Source: Nanobdellota archaeon (GTDB taxonomy: Archaea > Nanobdellota > Nanobdellia > Pacearchaeales > GW2011-AR1). Taken from it: a stretch of DNA of 64,000 nucleotides. The DNA lies in contig JBBSXO010000006.1 in the NCBI GenBank assembly GCA_038045705.1, forward strand, positions 52,996 to 116,995, in the 5' to 3' direction. Below are positions 1 through 10,862 of the stretch, one piece after another (within the stretch, counting starts at the first letter, position 1; every line of letters begins with the position of its first letter). The position numbers were made by a program, and so were the translations under genes. The notes below the pieces were generated by a model. The model did not search any database, was not told the DNA's origin, and worked only from the letters and a program-made list of their open reading frames with translations.

Positions 1-227
1 TTATATAAAAAAATTTTTTTCTCAGATGGGTTTAATATCCATACATAAGGAATTGGTTGTTTTATCGAAGAATCATTCTCAAGTCCATGAGTTCTAATTA
101 AATAATTATAATTTTCAAGTATTATATCTAAATAATTTTTTTCATCAATAGGATTAAATCCTTGAAAGTCACTTTCTTTAAACAAAACATCTCTCTTAAC
201 AACCAGAATCTCATCACCCATTCCCAT
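1..227 (-). CDS. Partial NUDIX-like phosphoesterase (YmaB-like), runs off window start
   Basis: Own translation MGMGDEILVVKRDVLF...LENDSSIKQPIPYVWI resembles the N-terminus of this family. Confidence 0.5.
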   Translation of the reverse strand, partial: MGMGDEILVVKRDVLFKESDFQGFNPIDEKNYLDIILENYNYLIRTHGLENDSSIKQPIPYVWILNPSEKKIFLY

Positions 228-259
228 AAATCAAAATAATAAAATACCTATTTAAAGAT

Positions 260-1300
260 TTATATGAATTTTTTTCTAAAACGAGACATAACCCTTTTTT
301 CAATACAAGACTTCAATATCGCAGGAATCCAGCCAGTCATAATAAATTTTTTATATTCAATTACTCCAGAATTCTTTCCTAAAGATATTACCATCAGTCT
401 TTTCTTGGAGATATATTTCTGCATCTTTCTCCCATTCATATGAGCAAGTAAATTTTGAGCTACAACTTTACCATGTTTCTCTGCATTTTGAGCAGTCTTT
501 TCTTCAACTATGTTTGAGACATCACCAGCTACAAATATGTTTTCCATTTGTGGAATTTGCAAATACTCATTTACCTCTATTCCTTTAGGTGCAAATTTTG
601 AAAAATCTCCTTGCATAAATCCAATATTTGGTTTTATACCTACTGTAAAAAAAGCCATATCGTAATGGTATTTTTTCCCAGATTCTCCAATTATTTCTTT
701 TTTAGTTTTATCAACTATTTTTTCATTAAAGTTCATTTCAACCCCTCTTTTTTCTAGAAATTTTCTGGCGTATTCGCTAGTCTTTTCATTGTTTCTTTCA
801 AGTAGTTTTGGACCTGCACTAATAATAGAAATTTTTTTGTCATTATAGTGGGTTGCTAGCTCCGTAGCAAGTTCAACCCCTACCAGACCACCTCCAACGA
901 TCACAATCCTATTAGATTTCTGTATTTTTTTATTAGCTTCAAGTAAGTGTTTAACTCTTGTAGCAAAGAAAGTATCTTCTTCTTTTATGGGATTATTATA
1001 ATTGCTTCCAGAGGCTATAACTAGGTAATCATAATTTATTTTCTCATTACTAGCAAGTATAACTTTATTATCTTCAATCTTCTTAACATGACCAACAACA
1101 ACCTTAGTATTTGATAAATAATCTTTATGTTTTACATGTAATTTCTTATAATGTTCAGGTTCTACAAGCACACGCAATATACCAGGAGTATATTCAAAGT
1201 AATCTTCAGTGTCAATTAAAGTTAAATTGCATTTACCATTAAGTTTTTTAGCAACAGTTGTCCCAGCAAAACCACCACCAATAATCACAACCTTTTTCAT
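260..1300 (-). CDS. FAD-dependent pyridine nucleotide-disulfide oxidoreductase (NDH-2/AIF-like)
   Basis: Two GxGxxG motifs (VIIGGGFAG, IVGGGLVGVE) and NIFVAGD. Confidence 0.85.
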   Translation of the reverse strand: MKKVVIIGGGFAGTTVAKKLNGKCNLTLIDTEDYFEYTPGILRVLVEPEHYKKLHVKHKDYLSNTKVVVGHVKKIEDNKVILASNEKINYDYLVIASGSNYNNPIKEEDTFFATRVKHLLEANKKIQKSNRIVIVGGGLVGVELATELATHYNDKKISIISAGPKLLERNNEKTSEYARKFLEKRGVEMNFNEKIVDKTKKEIIGESGKKYHYDMAFFTVGIKPNIGFMQGDFSKFAPKGIEVNEYLQIPQMENIFVAGDVSNIVEEKTAQNAEKHGKVVAQNLLAHMNGRKMQKYISKKRLMVISLGKNSGVIEYKKFIMTGWIPAILKSCIEKRVMSRFRKKFI

Positions 1301-1490
1301 ATAACTAATAAAAATCTCAGAATTATAAGGTTATTCTTTTAGAATGTTTAAGATAGTAATACTTCCTACCATCAACAATTTTAGTAATTATTTTCATAAA
1401 TCTATTATACCTACAAACTACTTAAATTTTGCTATTTTAGCAAAATGTGGGTATAAAGTCTCGCTTTATTTTTACATGCGTTAGCAAATA

Positions 1491-1955
1491 TCAATAATCA
1501 TAATATCCTTCATCTTCAAAACCTTCATTCCCAAAGCCCCTAAGTTTACCCACCAAACCAGCAACTTGAACCCTTTCAATATGTTTTAGAGAATTGAAGA
1601 CTGAAGCAAGATTATCCCATCCATAAGTATCAGGAAGCTGTTTTTTAAGAAAAAGTAATCTCGCTTCAACCTCTTCTATTCCTGGAAATGGTGTTGTCGC
1701 TTGTGCCACACAAAACCCCACAGAAAATCCCCAATTAGTGTTAATAGGGTATAGAATTAAATCAACATTTTTTCGCACAATTTTCAAAAGTCGTTCTGCC
1801 TCCCATTCATTTATTTTTTTATCAGGGTGATAACAATCAAACTCTACTTTCCCAGTAAGACGAATATCATATTCCCTAACATAATGAAGACGTTTGTCAA
1901 GTCTTTCTAAAAATTTCAAATCAGACTCTGAAGCAACTTCCACATGACCAACCAT
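1491..1955 (-). CDS. Hypothetical protein
   Basis: 154-aa ORF, no recognised motif. Confidence 0.55.
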   Translation of the reverse strand: MVGHVEVASESDLKFLERLDKRLHYVREYDIRLTGKVEFDCYHPDKKINEWEAERLLKIVRKNVDLILYPINTNWGFSVGFCVAQATTPFPGIEEVEARLLFLKKQLPDTYGWDNLASVFNSLKHIERVQVAGLVGKLRGFGNEGFEDEGYYDY

Positions 1956-2019
1956 AAATAATAATTACATTTAGAATTTATAAGTATTATCTAGAAACAA
2001 AACATCTATTGATAATTTA

Positions 2020-2328
2020 TTATTCCTTAATATCTATCTTAATCTGAACACTTCTTGGAATCTTAAGCATCATTAATGGGCGTAAAACTCTGTCTTGAGC
2101 AGGCATGTCAATAATTCTTTTATGAACTCTCATTTCAAATCTGTCAAAAGTAGCGGTTCCATTTCCACAGGGGGACTTTCTTGTAGTAACCTTCATGTGT
2201 CTTGTTGGTAGTGGAATAGGACCCCTCATATTAATACCAGATTTATCAGAAAGGTCTTTAATCATTCCAATAACTGAGTTCAACTGACCTATATCTATAC
2301 TTGATAGTTTTATTCTTACTACGCCCAT
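2020..2328 (-). CDS. rps10: 30S ribosomal protein uS10 (archaeal type)
   Basis: GPIPLPT and TRKSPCGNGTATFDRFEMRVHKRII; start reassigned to ATG at 2328 (MGVVRIKL), giving 102 aa. Confidence 0.95.
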   Translation of the reverse strand: MGVVRIKLSSIDIGQLNSVIGMIKDLSDKSGINMRGPIPLPTRHMKVTTRKSPCGNGTATFDRFEMRVHKRIIDMPAQDRVLRPLMMLKIPRSVQIKIDIKE

Positions 2329-2550
2329 GTTGTCCCAAAGCAAAAAACGGTTCTTAAACCTTGCGGTAGATGACAAGTTTTAAGCTCGAGAATATCAGTT
2401 TTTGTTATCAAAAAATCGATGCGATTGGTACTAGATTTTTGGATGCATGAAAATTCTTTAAATAGAGAATTTTCTGCACAGAAGTTTGTTTGTAAAGACA
2501 AACTTCTTGTGCTCATGATGTTAAGAGACATCGAGACATAAAATTACGTT

Positions 2551-5235
2551 TCATTCAAATCTTTTCTGAACTAATATCCCTACTAAACTCAAGAGAAACA
2601 CAATAAAAGTAGTTATTGCTATACGAGACCAGTCCATAAAAGAAAGAGGAATAGTATCAAATAAATTACCAAGGGGTGTATAGAGAACCATTAACTGTAA
2701 TATAAATGAGGCAAATACAGCAAGAAACAACCAGAAATTACTAAATGTAGGGATATTAGCTTCTTTCCTAACAATGTAAACTCTTGCAAGTTCAAGAACA
2801 ACAATAGAAGTAAACGCAATAGTTTGTGCATGGGCTATATCATTAAAGCTACTCAAACTCCAAGTAAATAATGCAAGAACTCCAGCAACAATCAAAGAAG
2901 AGGTATAAAACATACTAAACAATCTACCTCTAGTTAATATTGGTTCATCTTTTTTTCTAGGTGCTTTTTCCATTGAGCCCTTAGGGTATGGGTCAACACT
3001 CAATGCTAAAGCAGGCAATCCATCAGTAACCAGATTTATCCATAATAACATTAAAGCAGTGAATGGTAGAGGCAACCCAAATATTATTGCTAGGACAACT
3101 ATCATAACTTCAGCTAAATTAGAAGAAAGTAAGTATTTTACAAAAGAAATGATATTGGAATAAATTCCCCTTCCTTCCTCAACAGCTGAAACGATAGTTG
3201 AAAAATTATCATCTATTAAGATCATATCACTCGCTTCTTTAGAAACATCTGTTCCCTTGATACCCATTGCAATTCCCAAATTTGCAGATTTCAAAGCAGG
3301 AGCATCATTTACTCCATCTCCAGTCATAGCTACAATGGCTCCCGATTCTTGCAACAATTTAACAATTTCTAGTTTGTGGGCAGGTTCAACCCTAGCAAAT
3401 ATATTTGTTGTCTTTATTATTTGTCTCTTCTCTATACTGCCTAACTGTGCAAAATGAACTCCTTCAATACTTTCCACAGTTAAACCAATATCTTTAGCGA
3501 TAGCACTAGCAGTATTAATATTGTCTCCAGTAATCATTATTACTCTAATTCCAGCATTTTTTGTCCTGACAATATAATCTTTAATCTCTGGTTTAGGAGG
3601 GTCGATCATTCCTTGAAGACCTACAAATATCAAATCGCTTTCAGACATTTTTTCTTTTTTTCTAGCTATTTTATAAGCAAAGCCTAAAACTCGTAAAGCA
3701 CTAGAAGCGTATAATTTATTTTTATCTAAAATTTCTTTACGTATTTTATCTGTAAATCTAACAATTCTATTATCTATAAAGATATAATTACATTTTTCTA
3801 TAATCCTTTCAGGAGCACCTTTAGTACAAAATAAAAACTTACTCCCATCTTTGTGAAGAGTACTCATCATTTTTCTCGAAGCATCAAAAGGCAATTCATC
3901 TACTCTAACAAATTTTTCTCGAAGCTCTCTATAATTTAACCCAGCTTTAAGAGCACTAACAAGTAAAGCAGCCTCAGTAGGGTCCCCAGTAATAGTCACC
4001 TCTTGAGTTTTATGCAAAACAGCATTATTGCACAAAGCTCCAATCTTCAAGATAAGTGAATCTTTTTCAGTAAATGTTTTTCCGTTTAAAGATATCAAAC
4101 CTTTATCAAAGTAACCTTCTCCAGATACAACATAATCTTTTTTATTTGTAAAAATATTTCTTACAGTCATTTCATTTTTAGTTAAAGTTCCAGTCTTATC
4201 ACAGCATATTACATTAGTCTCACCTAAAGTTTCGACAGAAGGCAATCTTCTAATCAATGAATTTTTTTTAAGAAGCCTTTTAACACCTATCGCAAGAGAT
4301 ATAGTAACAACAGCAGGTAGACCTTCAGGAACAGCAGCAACAGCAAGGGCAATAGCCGTTAGTAACCATGTTCTAACGTGCTTTCCAAAGTTAGAATAAT
4401 CTCCTGCTAGTAATTCATAGATTAAACCTTCACGAAAGAAACCAATCAAAAATATAAGTAGTGAAACAAAGATAACCCCAAGACCAACATATTTTCCAAA
4501 TTTATCTAATTTAATCTGCAGGGGGGTAGCTTCTTTTTTAACATCATTTAAAAGATGAGCTATTTTTCCTAACTCAGTTTTCATACCTGTAGAAGTTACA
4601 ATGCAAAGACCACGACCATTAGTTATTAAAGTCCCAGAAAAAATCATATTCTTTTGGTCATTAATTACAAGATTCCCAATGAGTGCATCAGAAAGTTTAG
4701 AACTAGGAGAAGATTCTCCAGTTAAAGAAGATTCTAAACAAGAGAGTGAGTGACTTTCAATAACGCGAGCATCAGCAGGAACTTTATCTCCCTCTTCAAC
4801 AACAATTATATCTCCTGGTACAATTTCTTTAGAATCTATCTCGCGAAGTTCTTTGTTTCTTATTACTCTAGCTTTAAGTGAAGACAATTTCTTTAAAGAT
4901 TCAATAGACTTCTCAGCCCTATATTCTTGAACAAATCCAAAAGTAGCGTTTAAGAGTAAAATAGCAAATATTACTACAGAATCAATATACTCTTTAAGAA
5001 GAACTGAAATAAGTAGGGCAAATATAAGTAAATAAATAATAAAACTTCTAAACTGTCTAAAGAATATAATTAAACCAGAAACAGAACTTTCTTTTTTTAT
5101 TTCATTAAACCCAAAATCCGTTAGTCTTTGTTTAGCTATAACCTCTGTCAACCCAGTTTTACTACTAGATCCAAATTGAGAAATTACCTTATTAATTTCT
5201 AAAGAATAATATCTATCACCCATTTTAACAAACAA
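2551..5235 (-). CDS. P-type IIA cation (Ca2+)-transporting ATPase
   Basis: LTGES, PEGL, DKTGTLT, KGAPE, TGDGVNDAP. Confidence 0.95.
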   Translation of the reverse strand: MFVKMGDRYYSLEINKVISQFGSSSKTGLTEVIAKQRLTDFGFNEIKKESSVSGLIIFFRQFRSFIIYLLIFALLISVLLKEYIDSVVIFAILLLNATFGFVQEYRAEKSIESLKKLSSLKARVIRNKELREIDSKEIVPGDIIVVEEGDKVPADARVIESHSLSCLESSLTGESSPSSKLSDALIGNLVINDQKNMIFSGTLITNGRGLCIVTSTGMKTELGKIAHLLNDVKKEATPLQIKLDKFGKYVGLGVIFVSLLIFLIGFFREGLIYELLAGDYSNFGKHVRTWLLTAIALAVAAVPEGLPAVVTISLAIGVKRLLKKNSLIRRLPSVETLGETNVICCDKTGTLTKNEMTVRNIFTNKKDYVVSGEGYFDKGLISLNGKTFTEKDSLILKIGALCNNAVLHKTQEVTITGDPTEAALLVSALKAGLNYRELREKFVRVDELPFDASRKMMSTLHKDGSKFLFCTKGAPERIIEKCNYIFIDNRIVRFTDKIRKEILDKNKLYASSALRVLGFAYKIARKKEKMSESDLIFVGLQGMIDPPKPEIKDYIVRTKNAGIRVIMITGDNINTASAIAKDIGLTVESIEGVHFAQLGSIEKRQIIKTTNIFARVEPAHKLEIVKLLQESGAIVAMTGDGVNDAPALKSANLGIAMGIKGTDVSKEASDMILIDDNFSTIVSAVEEGRGIYSNIISFVKYLLSSNLAEVMIVVLAIIFGLPLPFTALMLLWINLVTDGLPALALSVDPYPKGSMEKAPRKKDEPILTRGRLFSMFYTSSLIVAGVLALFTWSLSSFNDIAHAQTIAFTSIVVLELARVYIVRKEANIPTFSNFWLFLAVFASFILQLMVLYTPLGNLFDTIPLSFMDWSRIAITTFIVFLLSLVGILVQKRFE

Positions 5236-5268
5236 ACATTATTAAGTATAAAAATCCCCCTAAAGTAA

Positions 5269-5688
5269 ATGGGTAATATGTTTAAAAAAGTGAAAGCTAA
5301 AACGGTGGAAGAATACATTAATTCGATCACGGGAGAAAGAAAAGAACAAATTGTTTTTTTACATAATCTAATAAAAAAGACAGTTCCAAGTCTAAAACCT
5401 CACTTCGCTTACAACATGCTTGGGTATGGCTCTTTCAAATATAAAAGTAACAAGAAAGAAATGCTTAACTGGCCAGTAATTGCTTTAGCAAACCAAAAGA
5501 ATTACATCTCATTATACATATGTGCAACAAATAATGGAAAATATATAGCAGAAGAAAATAAATCAAAATTAGGAAAGGTCAGTGTAGGAAGAAGTTGTAT
5601 TAGATTCAAAAAACTAGAAGACTTAAATCTAGAGACTCTAAAGAAAGTAATAAAACTAGCCTCAAAAAACCCAGGACTTCGAAACTAA
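5269..5688 (+). CDS. DUF1801 (YdhG-like) protein
   Basis: ALANQKNYISLY and LGKVSVGRSCIRFKKLEDL. Confidence 0.75.
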   Translation: MGNMFKKVKAKTVEEYINSITGERKEQIVFLHNLIKKTVPSLKPHFAYNMLGYGSFKYKSNKKEMLNWPVIALANQKNYISLYICATNNGKYIAEENKSKLGKVSVGRSCIRFKKLEDLNLETLKKVIKLASKNPGLRN

Positions 5689-5729
5689 AATATACAAAAA
5701 TTTATATACTATAGATATTCTATAGAATT

Positions 5730-5975
5730 ATGCAAAACCAAATAAGCACAATCCAATTAAGAGATAAAGTAAAGCAAGCACTAGACAGATTAAAACAAAA
5801 GTCTAACGAAAGCTATGAAGAAGTAATAGTTAAGTTAATTGAAGAAAAAGAAAAAAAGGATATCAAAAAATTGCTTAAAGAACAGTGCATTGAAATGTAT
5901 GATCTAGATAGAGAAATAGCAAAAGAATGGGAAGGCACTTTAATGGATGGTTTAGACAAAAATGAAAAATGGTAA
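5730..5975 (+). CDS. Antitoxin (RHH-like) of MazF/PemK module
   Basis: STIQL...ESYEEVI, acidic C-terminus, overlaps toxin start. Confidence 0.75.
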   Translation: MQNQISTIQLRDKVKQALDRLKQKSNESYEEVIVKLIEEKEKKDIKKLLKEQCIEMYDLDREIAKEWEGTLMDGLDKNEKW

Positions 5976-6316
5976 ATATTAAGAGGGGAGAAATTTTTTT
6001 AGCAAACTTAGAACCAGTTAAGGGAAGCGAGCAAGGAGGGATTAGACCAGTACTAGTGATTCAAAATGACATCTCAAATGAATATAGCCCCATAACAATA
6101 GTTGCTGCACTTACATCTAAGATCAAAATTACAAAGTTTATAACAAATATATTTATTCCAAAAAGTCAGACAGGTTTAGATAAAGACTCAATAATATTGT
6201 TAAATCAAATAAAAACAATAGATAAATCAAGAATAATAAAGAGAATAGGAACAGTAGATAATGAATTAATGAATAAAGTAGATAATGCTATAAAAATAAG
6301 TCTTGCTCTTGACTAA
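5969..6316 (+). CDS. mazF: MazF/PemK family endoribonuclease toxin
   Basis: RGEIFLANLEPVKGSEQGGIRPVLVIQND...QIKTIDKSR. Confidence 0.92.
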   Translation: MVNIKRGEIFLANLEPVKGSEQGGIRPVLVIQNDISNEYSPITIVAALTSKIKITKFITNIFIPKSQTGLDKDSIILLNQIKTIDKSRIIKRIGTVDNELMNKVDNAIKISLALD

Positions 6317-6724
6317 TCAAAAAATTTCTTAGTCAGCAAAATTCACAGACATTCTTTGCATTTTTCTTATCTTCTTTCTTCCCTTTCTCTTTTTTGTCTT
6401 TTTTCATATCTTTCCCTTTTTTATTCTCTACCATATAAAATAAAGTCTTAACTAATATATAAATTTTATTAAACCGTAAAGTGAGCCCGGCTCCGCCGCG
6501 AAGCCGAGCTCTTTCATCTCAGTTTAGGAGATGAATATAAGAAAAACCTTGTAATGGGTTTTTAACATGCAAAAGTCTTTCTAAATGGTTATTTAAGACT
6601 TTTGAATATCTAACCCAAACAAACTTAAAATTTAATACTAGTTGAAATCTTTAGATTGGAGTTAAGTTATTATCTTGGAGACTATCAACTGTAATCCCAA
6701 AACACTAGCAAACTCATCAGAGTT

Positions 6725-6928
6725 TTATGATTTTAAACGTATCTTTTCCGAAGAAGATGCCTTTTTAACCTTTATCCAATAACGAATCGCAAATATTAAA
6801 AAACCAAACCCAACCACAAAATAGATTAGATGCATTTTCATGCCAAGAAACATAAAACAAAAAGTAAAGATAGAAAGAGAGGTAGCTAAAAAGAAATCGC
6901 TATCTTTCTCAGATGTGAACTGCATCAT
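6725..6928 (-). CDS. Possible small membrane protein
   Basis: Two hydrophobic segments when started at ATG 6928, which avoids overlap with the next gene. Confidence 0.35.
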   Translation of the reverse strand: MMQFTSEKDSDFFLATSLSIFTFCFMFLGMKMHLIYFVVGFGFLIFAIRYWIKVKKASSSEKIRLKS

Positions 6929-6981
6929 TGGGTGAATATCAATAGATTTAAAATCGTTTCCATTCTTTAAACCAAGAGGCG

Positions 6982-8658
6982 ATGGATAGTTTACTTTCAC
7001 AAATAGGAATAATTGTAGGCATAGCTGCAATAATAGCTCTTCTTGGCAGAGTTATCAAACAACCATCAATAATAGCTTATCTAATTACAGGGGTTTTAGT
7101 AGGTCCTTTAGTCTTCAATTTAATAGATCCTACAATTCATTTACAGTCTCTAGCAAGTATAGGAATAACACTTTTACTTTTTATCATAGGAACAAGTTTA
7201 GATTTCAGAATTTTAAAAAGCGTAGGAGGAGCGTCAATTATAGGGGGTATTTCAACAGTAGTAATTGTATGTTCAGTAATATTCTTGATAGCTCAATTTC
7301 TTAACTTTAGTTTAGTTCCAGCTTTATATATAGCCATAGCATTTTCTTTCTCAAGCGCAGTTGTGGTTGTAAAAATCCTATCCGATAAAAAAGAGATAGA
7401 AACATTGCATGGACAGATAGCTTTGGGGATACTAATCGTAGAAAGTTTCATTGCAGCCTTAGCATTAATGATAATTCCAGTAATTTCAAACGATGGATTT
7501 TCAGGAATTTTGTCACAAATATCTAAATTTGTTTTAATGATTGCTCTAGTTGTTTTTGTTGGACATTTTATATTTTCAAAGATGTTAAGTTTTGCAGCTA
7601 AAAATCAAGAAGTTCTTTTCCTTGTAAGCATAGCATGGGCACTAGCTGTTGGAGCAATATTCGAAATTTTAGGTTTATCTACTGAAATAGGAGCTCTAAT
7701 TGCTGGAATGGTAATTGCATCTTCAAGATATAATCTGGAAATAAAATCAAAAGTAAAAGGAATAAGAGACTTTTTCGTAATTCTATTCTTCGTATATTTT
7801 GGAGCACAGCTTTCAGCACCAATAACAACAGAGTTAGTAAAACAAGCAGTAATATTCTCAGTTTTTGTTTTAATTGGAAAACCAGTAATTGTAATGGCTC
7901 TAACAAGATCATTTGGATTCAAGAAAAGAACAAACTTTATGATTGGAACTAGCTTAACACAAGTAAGTGAATTCTCTTTAATAGTGATCTTACTTGGTTA
8001 TAGTTTAGGACATATTTCCCAATCAGTATTTTCATTAACAATTCTAGTTACATTAGTTACAGTGTCTTTAAGCAGTTATGCGATTTATTTTTCAACTCCG
8101 ATCTATGAATCTATTTCCAGATTTCTAGGATTGTTTGATGGAAAAAAGAGAAACATAGGAAATAACAATAAAAAAGAAAAGTATGACATAATACTATTAG
8201 GATATAGCAGATTAGGTTTTAATCTTGTCAAAGCTTTTGATCTTGCAAAGAAAAAATACTTAGTAGTGGATTATAATCCATTAACTATAATGAATCTTTC
8301 TAAAAGAGGGATAAATTGTGTATATGGAGATGTTAACGACTCTGAGTTTCTAAAAGGAATAAACATCAAATCAGTTAAAATGATAGTCTCAACTATACCA
8401 GATTATTCTGCAAATCTAAACATAATAAAATCAATAAACTATAAAGAAACAACATTTATAGCAACATCAAATCAAATACATAACGCAATAGAATTATACA
8501 AAAACGGCGCAGACTATGTTATAATGCCACATTATCTAGGTGGAGATCACATAGCAAGTATGCTCATAAGGGACAGCTTTAATAAAAAGACATTAAAAGA
8601 AGAAGGCAAAAATCATATAAAACAAATTCAAGAGAGACTAAAAGATAATTCTATCTAA
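6982..8658 (+). CDS. CPA2/Kef-type cation:proton antiporter with TrkA-N domain
   Basis: Many TM helices, QVSEFS, C-terminal LLGYSRLG...YGD...GADYVIMP. Confidence 0.9.
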   Translation: MDSLLSQIGIIVGIAAIIALLGRVIKQPSIIAYLITGVLVGPLVFNLIDPTIHLQSLASIGITLLLFIIGTSLDFRILKSVGGASIIGGISTVVIVCSVIFLIAQFLNFSLVPALYIAIAFSFSSAVVVVKILSDKKEIETLHGQIALGILIVESFIAALALMIIPVISNDGFSGILSQISKFVLMIALVVFVGHFIFSKMLSFAAKNQEVLFLVSIAWALAVGAIFEILGLSTEIGALIAGMVIASSRYNLEIKSKVKGIRDFFVILFFVYFGAQLSAPITTELVKQAVIFSVFVLIGKPVIVMALTRSFGFKKRTNFMIGTSLTQVSEFSLIVILLGYSLGHISQSVFSLTILVTLVTVSLSSYAIYFSTPIYESISRFLGLFDGKKRNIGNNNKKEKYDIILLGYSRLGFNLVKAFDLAKKKYLVVDYNPLTIMNLSKRGINCVYGDVNDSEFLKGINIKSVKMIVSTIPDYSANLNIIKSINYKETTFIATSNQIHNAIELYKNGADYVIMPHYLGGDHIASMLIRDSFNKKTLKEEGKNHIKQIQERLKDNSI

Positions 8659-9269
8659 TCATCTATAATTATTCTCTTAAATAAGTCAAGGAATCTTAAT
8701 ACTATCTCAAGACCAACTATAAATAAAAGAACATATCCAACAAAAATCATAAGCTGAGATATATTTTCAATAGCCTCACCAAACCTCACAAAGTCAAGTA
8801 ATTTATGGCTCAATAACGTTATAGCAAGTATTGTGAATGGTAAAAGTTTAGCTACTTCGGCAGATATTTCAGAATTATAATATGCAAGCAATCTAATTGA
8901 ACCCACAACTGCAGCAGATAAAACCAGAATTTGTTCTAGAGAGTTTACTTCAGAGAATAAAATTAAAACAAGTGCAAACAGCATATACCAGAATAAGACT
9001 AAAAAAGGCAAAATTACAATATATTCAATAAAGTAAAGAATCCCTGCAAACACCTTATTTAGAGTAGGATGGTCAAAAGAGTTATACTGTCCCAAATTAA
9101 GAGAGATTATATCCTTTCTAGAAATCACTTTATGAACTTTCCATATGAATATGGAATAAATAAAGATCAGCAATGTGTAAACTGCCACATTAAAAATATT
9201 CTGATAAATCTCTGGAAGAGAACCAATATAATTAATTAAATTACTAAAATAGTCTAATCCAATCACCAT
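8655..9269 (-). CDS. Membrane protein, hypothetical
   Basis: Several TM segments. Confidence 0.6.
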   Translation of the reverse strand: MVIGLDYFSNLINYIGSLPEIYQNIFNVAVYTLLIFIYSIFIWKVHKVISRKDIISLNLGQYNSFDHPTLNKVFAGILYFIEYIVILPFLVLFWYMLFALVLILFSEVNSLEQILVLSAAVVGSIRLLAYYNSEISAEVAKLLPFTILAITLLSHKLLDFVRFGEAIENISQLMIFVGYVLLFIVGLEIVLRFLDLFKRIIIDD

Positions 9270-9344
9270 TTAAACTTTAAGAATCAAGGATATTTAAAAT
9301 GAGTCATACAAAAACCATAAATACATCAAAAATTGAAAATACCT

Positions 9345-10202
9345 ATGACTATTCAGATAATTCTCTTTTACAAATTTGTAAGTCTTAATAATCTGGAATC
9401 TCTCAAAAAAAGACATTTAAATTTCTGCAACAATCTAAGTCTAAAAGGAAAAGTCTTGTTAGCAAAAGAGGGCATAAATGGTTCTATTTCAGGGACAAAA
9501 GAACAGATAGAACTGTATATACACGAGTTAAGAAAAGACTCTAGATTTTCGGATATTGAATTTAAAATAGAAGAGGGTATTATCAACCCCTTTGATAAAA
9601 TGTTAGTAAGAGTAAGAAAAGAAATAATCAGGTTAGGAGAGGAAATTGACCTTACAAAAGTAGGCAAATATATTTCACCACAAGAATTTCTTGAATCTTA
9701 CAAAGACACAAATGTAGTAATAATTGATGCAAGAAATGAATATGAATCTAAAGTTGGAAAGTTTAAAGGAGCAATTATACCAAAAATTGAAACCTTTAGA
9801 GAATTTCCAGAATTTGTAAAAAATCTAAATATACCAAAAGATACAAAGATACTAACTTACTGCACAGGTGGAATTCGCTGCGAAAAAGCAAGTGCATACA
9901 TGGTAAAAGAAGGTTTTACTAATGTAAGCCAATTACACGGAGGAATAATTAAATTCTGTCAAACTATTCCAAACACAGATGTCTGGGAAGGACAATGCTT
10001 TGTGTTTGACAATCGTCTTTCATCTCCAATAGGACAAGATAAAAAACAAATCAATAACTGTATACATTGTAACACACAATCAGACCTTTATAGAAACTGC
10101 AAAATAAAAGTATGCAACAAACTCATATTTATTTGTAATAATTGCCGAAAAGACTTTCATGCTTGTTGTTCAGAAGATTGTATGAAGAAATTATTGAGGT
10201 AA
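9345..10202 (+). CDS. trhO: Rhodanese-domain tRNA uridine(34) hydroxylase (YceA/TrhO family)
   Basis: EGING, DARNEYE, YCTGGIRCEKAS, CFVFDNR, C-terminal Cys cluster. Confidence 0.88.
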   Translation: MTIQIILFYKFVSLNNLESLKKRHLNFCNNLSLKGKVLLAKEGINGSISGTKEQIELYIHELRKDSRFSDIEFKIEEGIINPFDKMLVRVRKEIIRLGEEIDLTKVGKYISPQEFLESYKDTNVVIIDARNEYESKVGKFKGAIIPKIETFREFPEFVKNLNIPKDTKILTYCTGGIRCEKASAYMVKEGFTNVSQLHGGIIKFCQTIPNTDVWEGQCFVFDNRLSSPIGQDKKQINNCIHCNTQSDLYRNCKIKVCNKLIFICNNCRKDFHACCSEDCMKKLLR

Positions 10203-10309
10203 ATCAGATTATTAGGAGATGCTGGATTTATCGATATTGTTAAGTTTAGAGGAATAAGATTAAATTAAAGATGTTACAAAAGTTAAAAGATATAATTGGA
10301 AAGTGGTCT

Positions 10310-10729
10310 CTAGGTTAATTCTTGATAAACCATCCATTCAGCATAACCAGGAAATTCTCTTTGATATCCAGCTTGTGCAGGATTAATTGATGGCCAGTTT
10401 ATCCAAGGATTCATCCAACCATTAGAAGTCTTAAGTAACCAATGCCCTTCAGGATACTTTCTGCTTCTTCTAGAAAATGCTATTGTGCCTTCTCTTCCTA
10501 ATATTGCTTTATCCCTAGCTGGAGCTACTCTCTTAAAAGTATAATTTATTCCATTCTTATTAAGTGCTTTAACTAAGTCTAGACAAGAATAACCAGAAGT
10601 ATAGGATTTTTCCAATCTTCCAGATAATTTTCTTGCTTCTTGGTATGTTATTCCTAGCTCAGAAGCAACACAAGCTAAGCCACATCCCATGCCTTCTTCT
10701 TGAGCCACTAGTCTATGTTTTCTCATCAA
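10310..10729 (-). CDS. Peptidase C39-like protein
   Basis: Q-x4-GCGLAC, GHW and NP motifs. Confidence 0.6.
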   Translation of the reverse strand: MMRKHRLVAQEEGMGCGLACVASELGITYQEARKLSGRLEKSYTSGYSCLDLVKALNKNGINYTFKRVAPARDKAILGREGTIAFSRRSRKYPEGHWLLKTSNGWMNPWINWPSINPAQAGYQREFPGYAEWMVYQELT

Positions 10730-10862
10730 AACAATCTAATAAACTGGCTTAAAAACCTGTCGATATTTTTTTAATTTTATATTCGATAAAATAATAATTA
10801 AACCTTTGACAGTATCCTTTGTAAAACATTCATTCTAAAAATAAAAATTCATTCCCTTAAAA

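Noticed and set aside
6360-6435. Pyrimidine-rich tract or tiny Lys-rich ORF
   Set aside because: Low complexity and only 22 codons; cannot be supported
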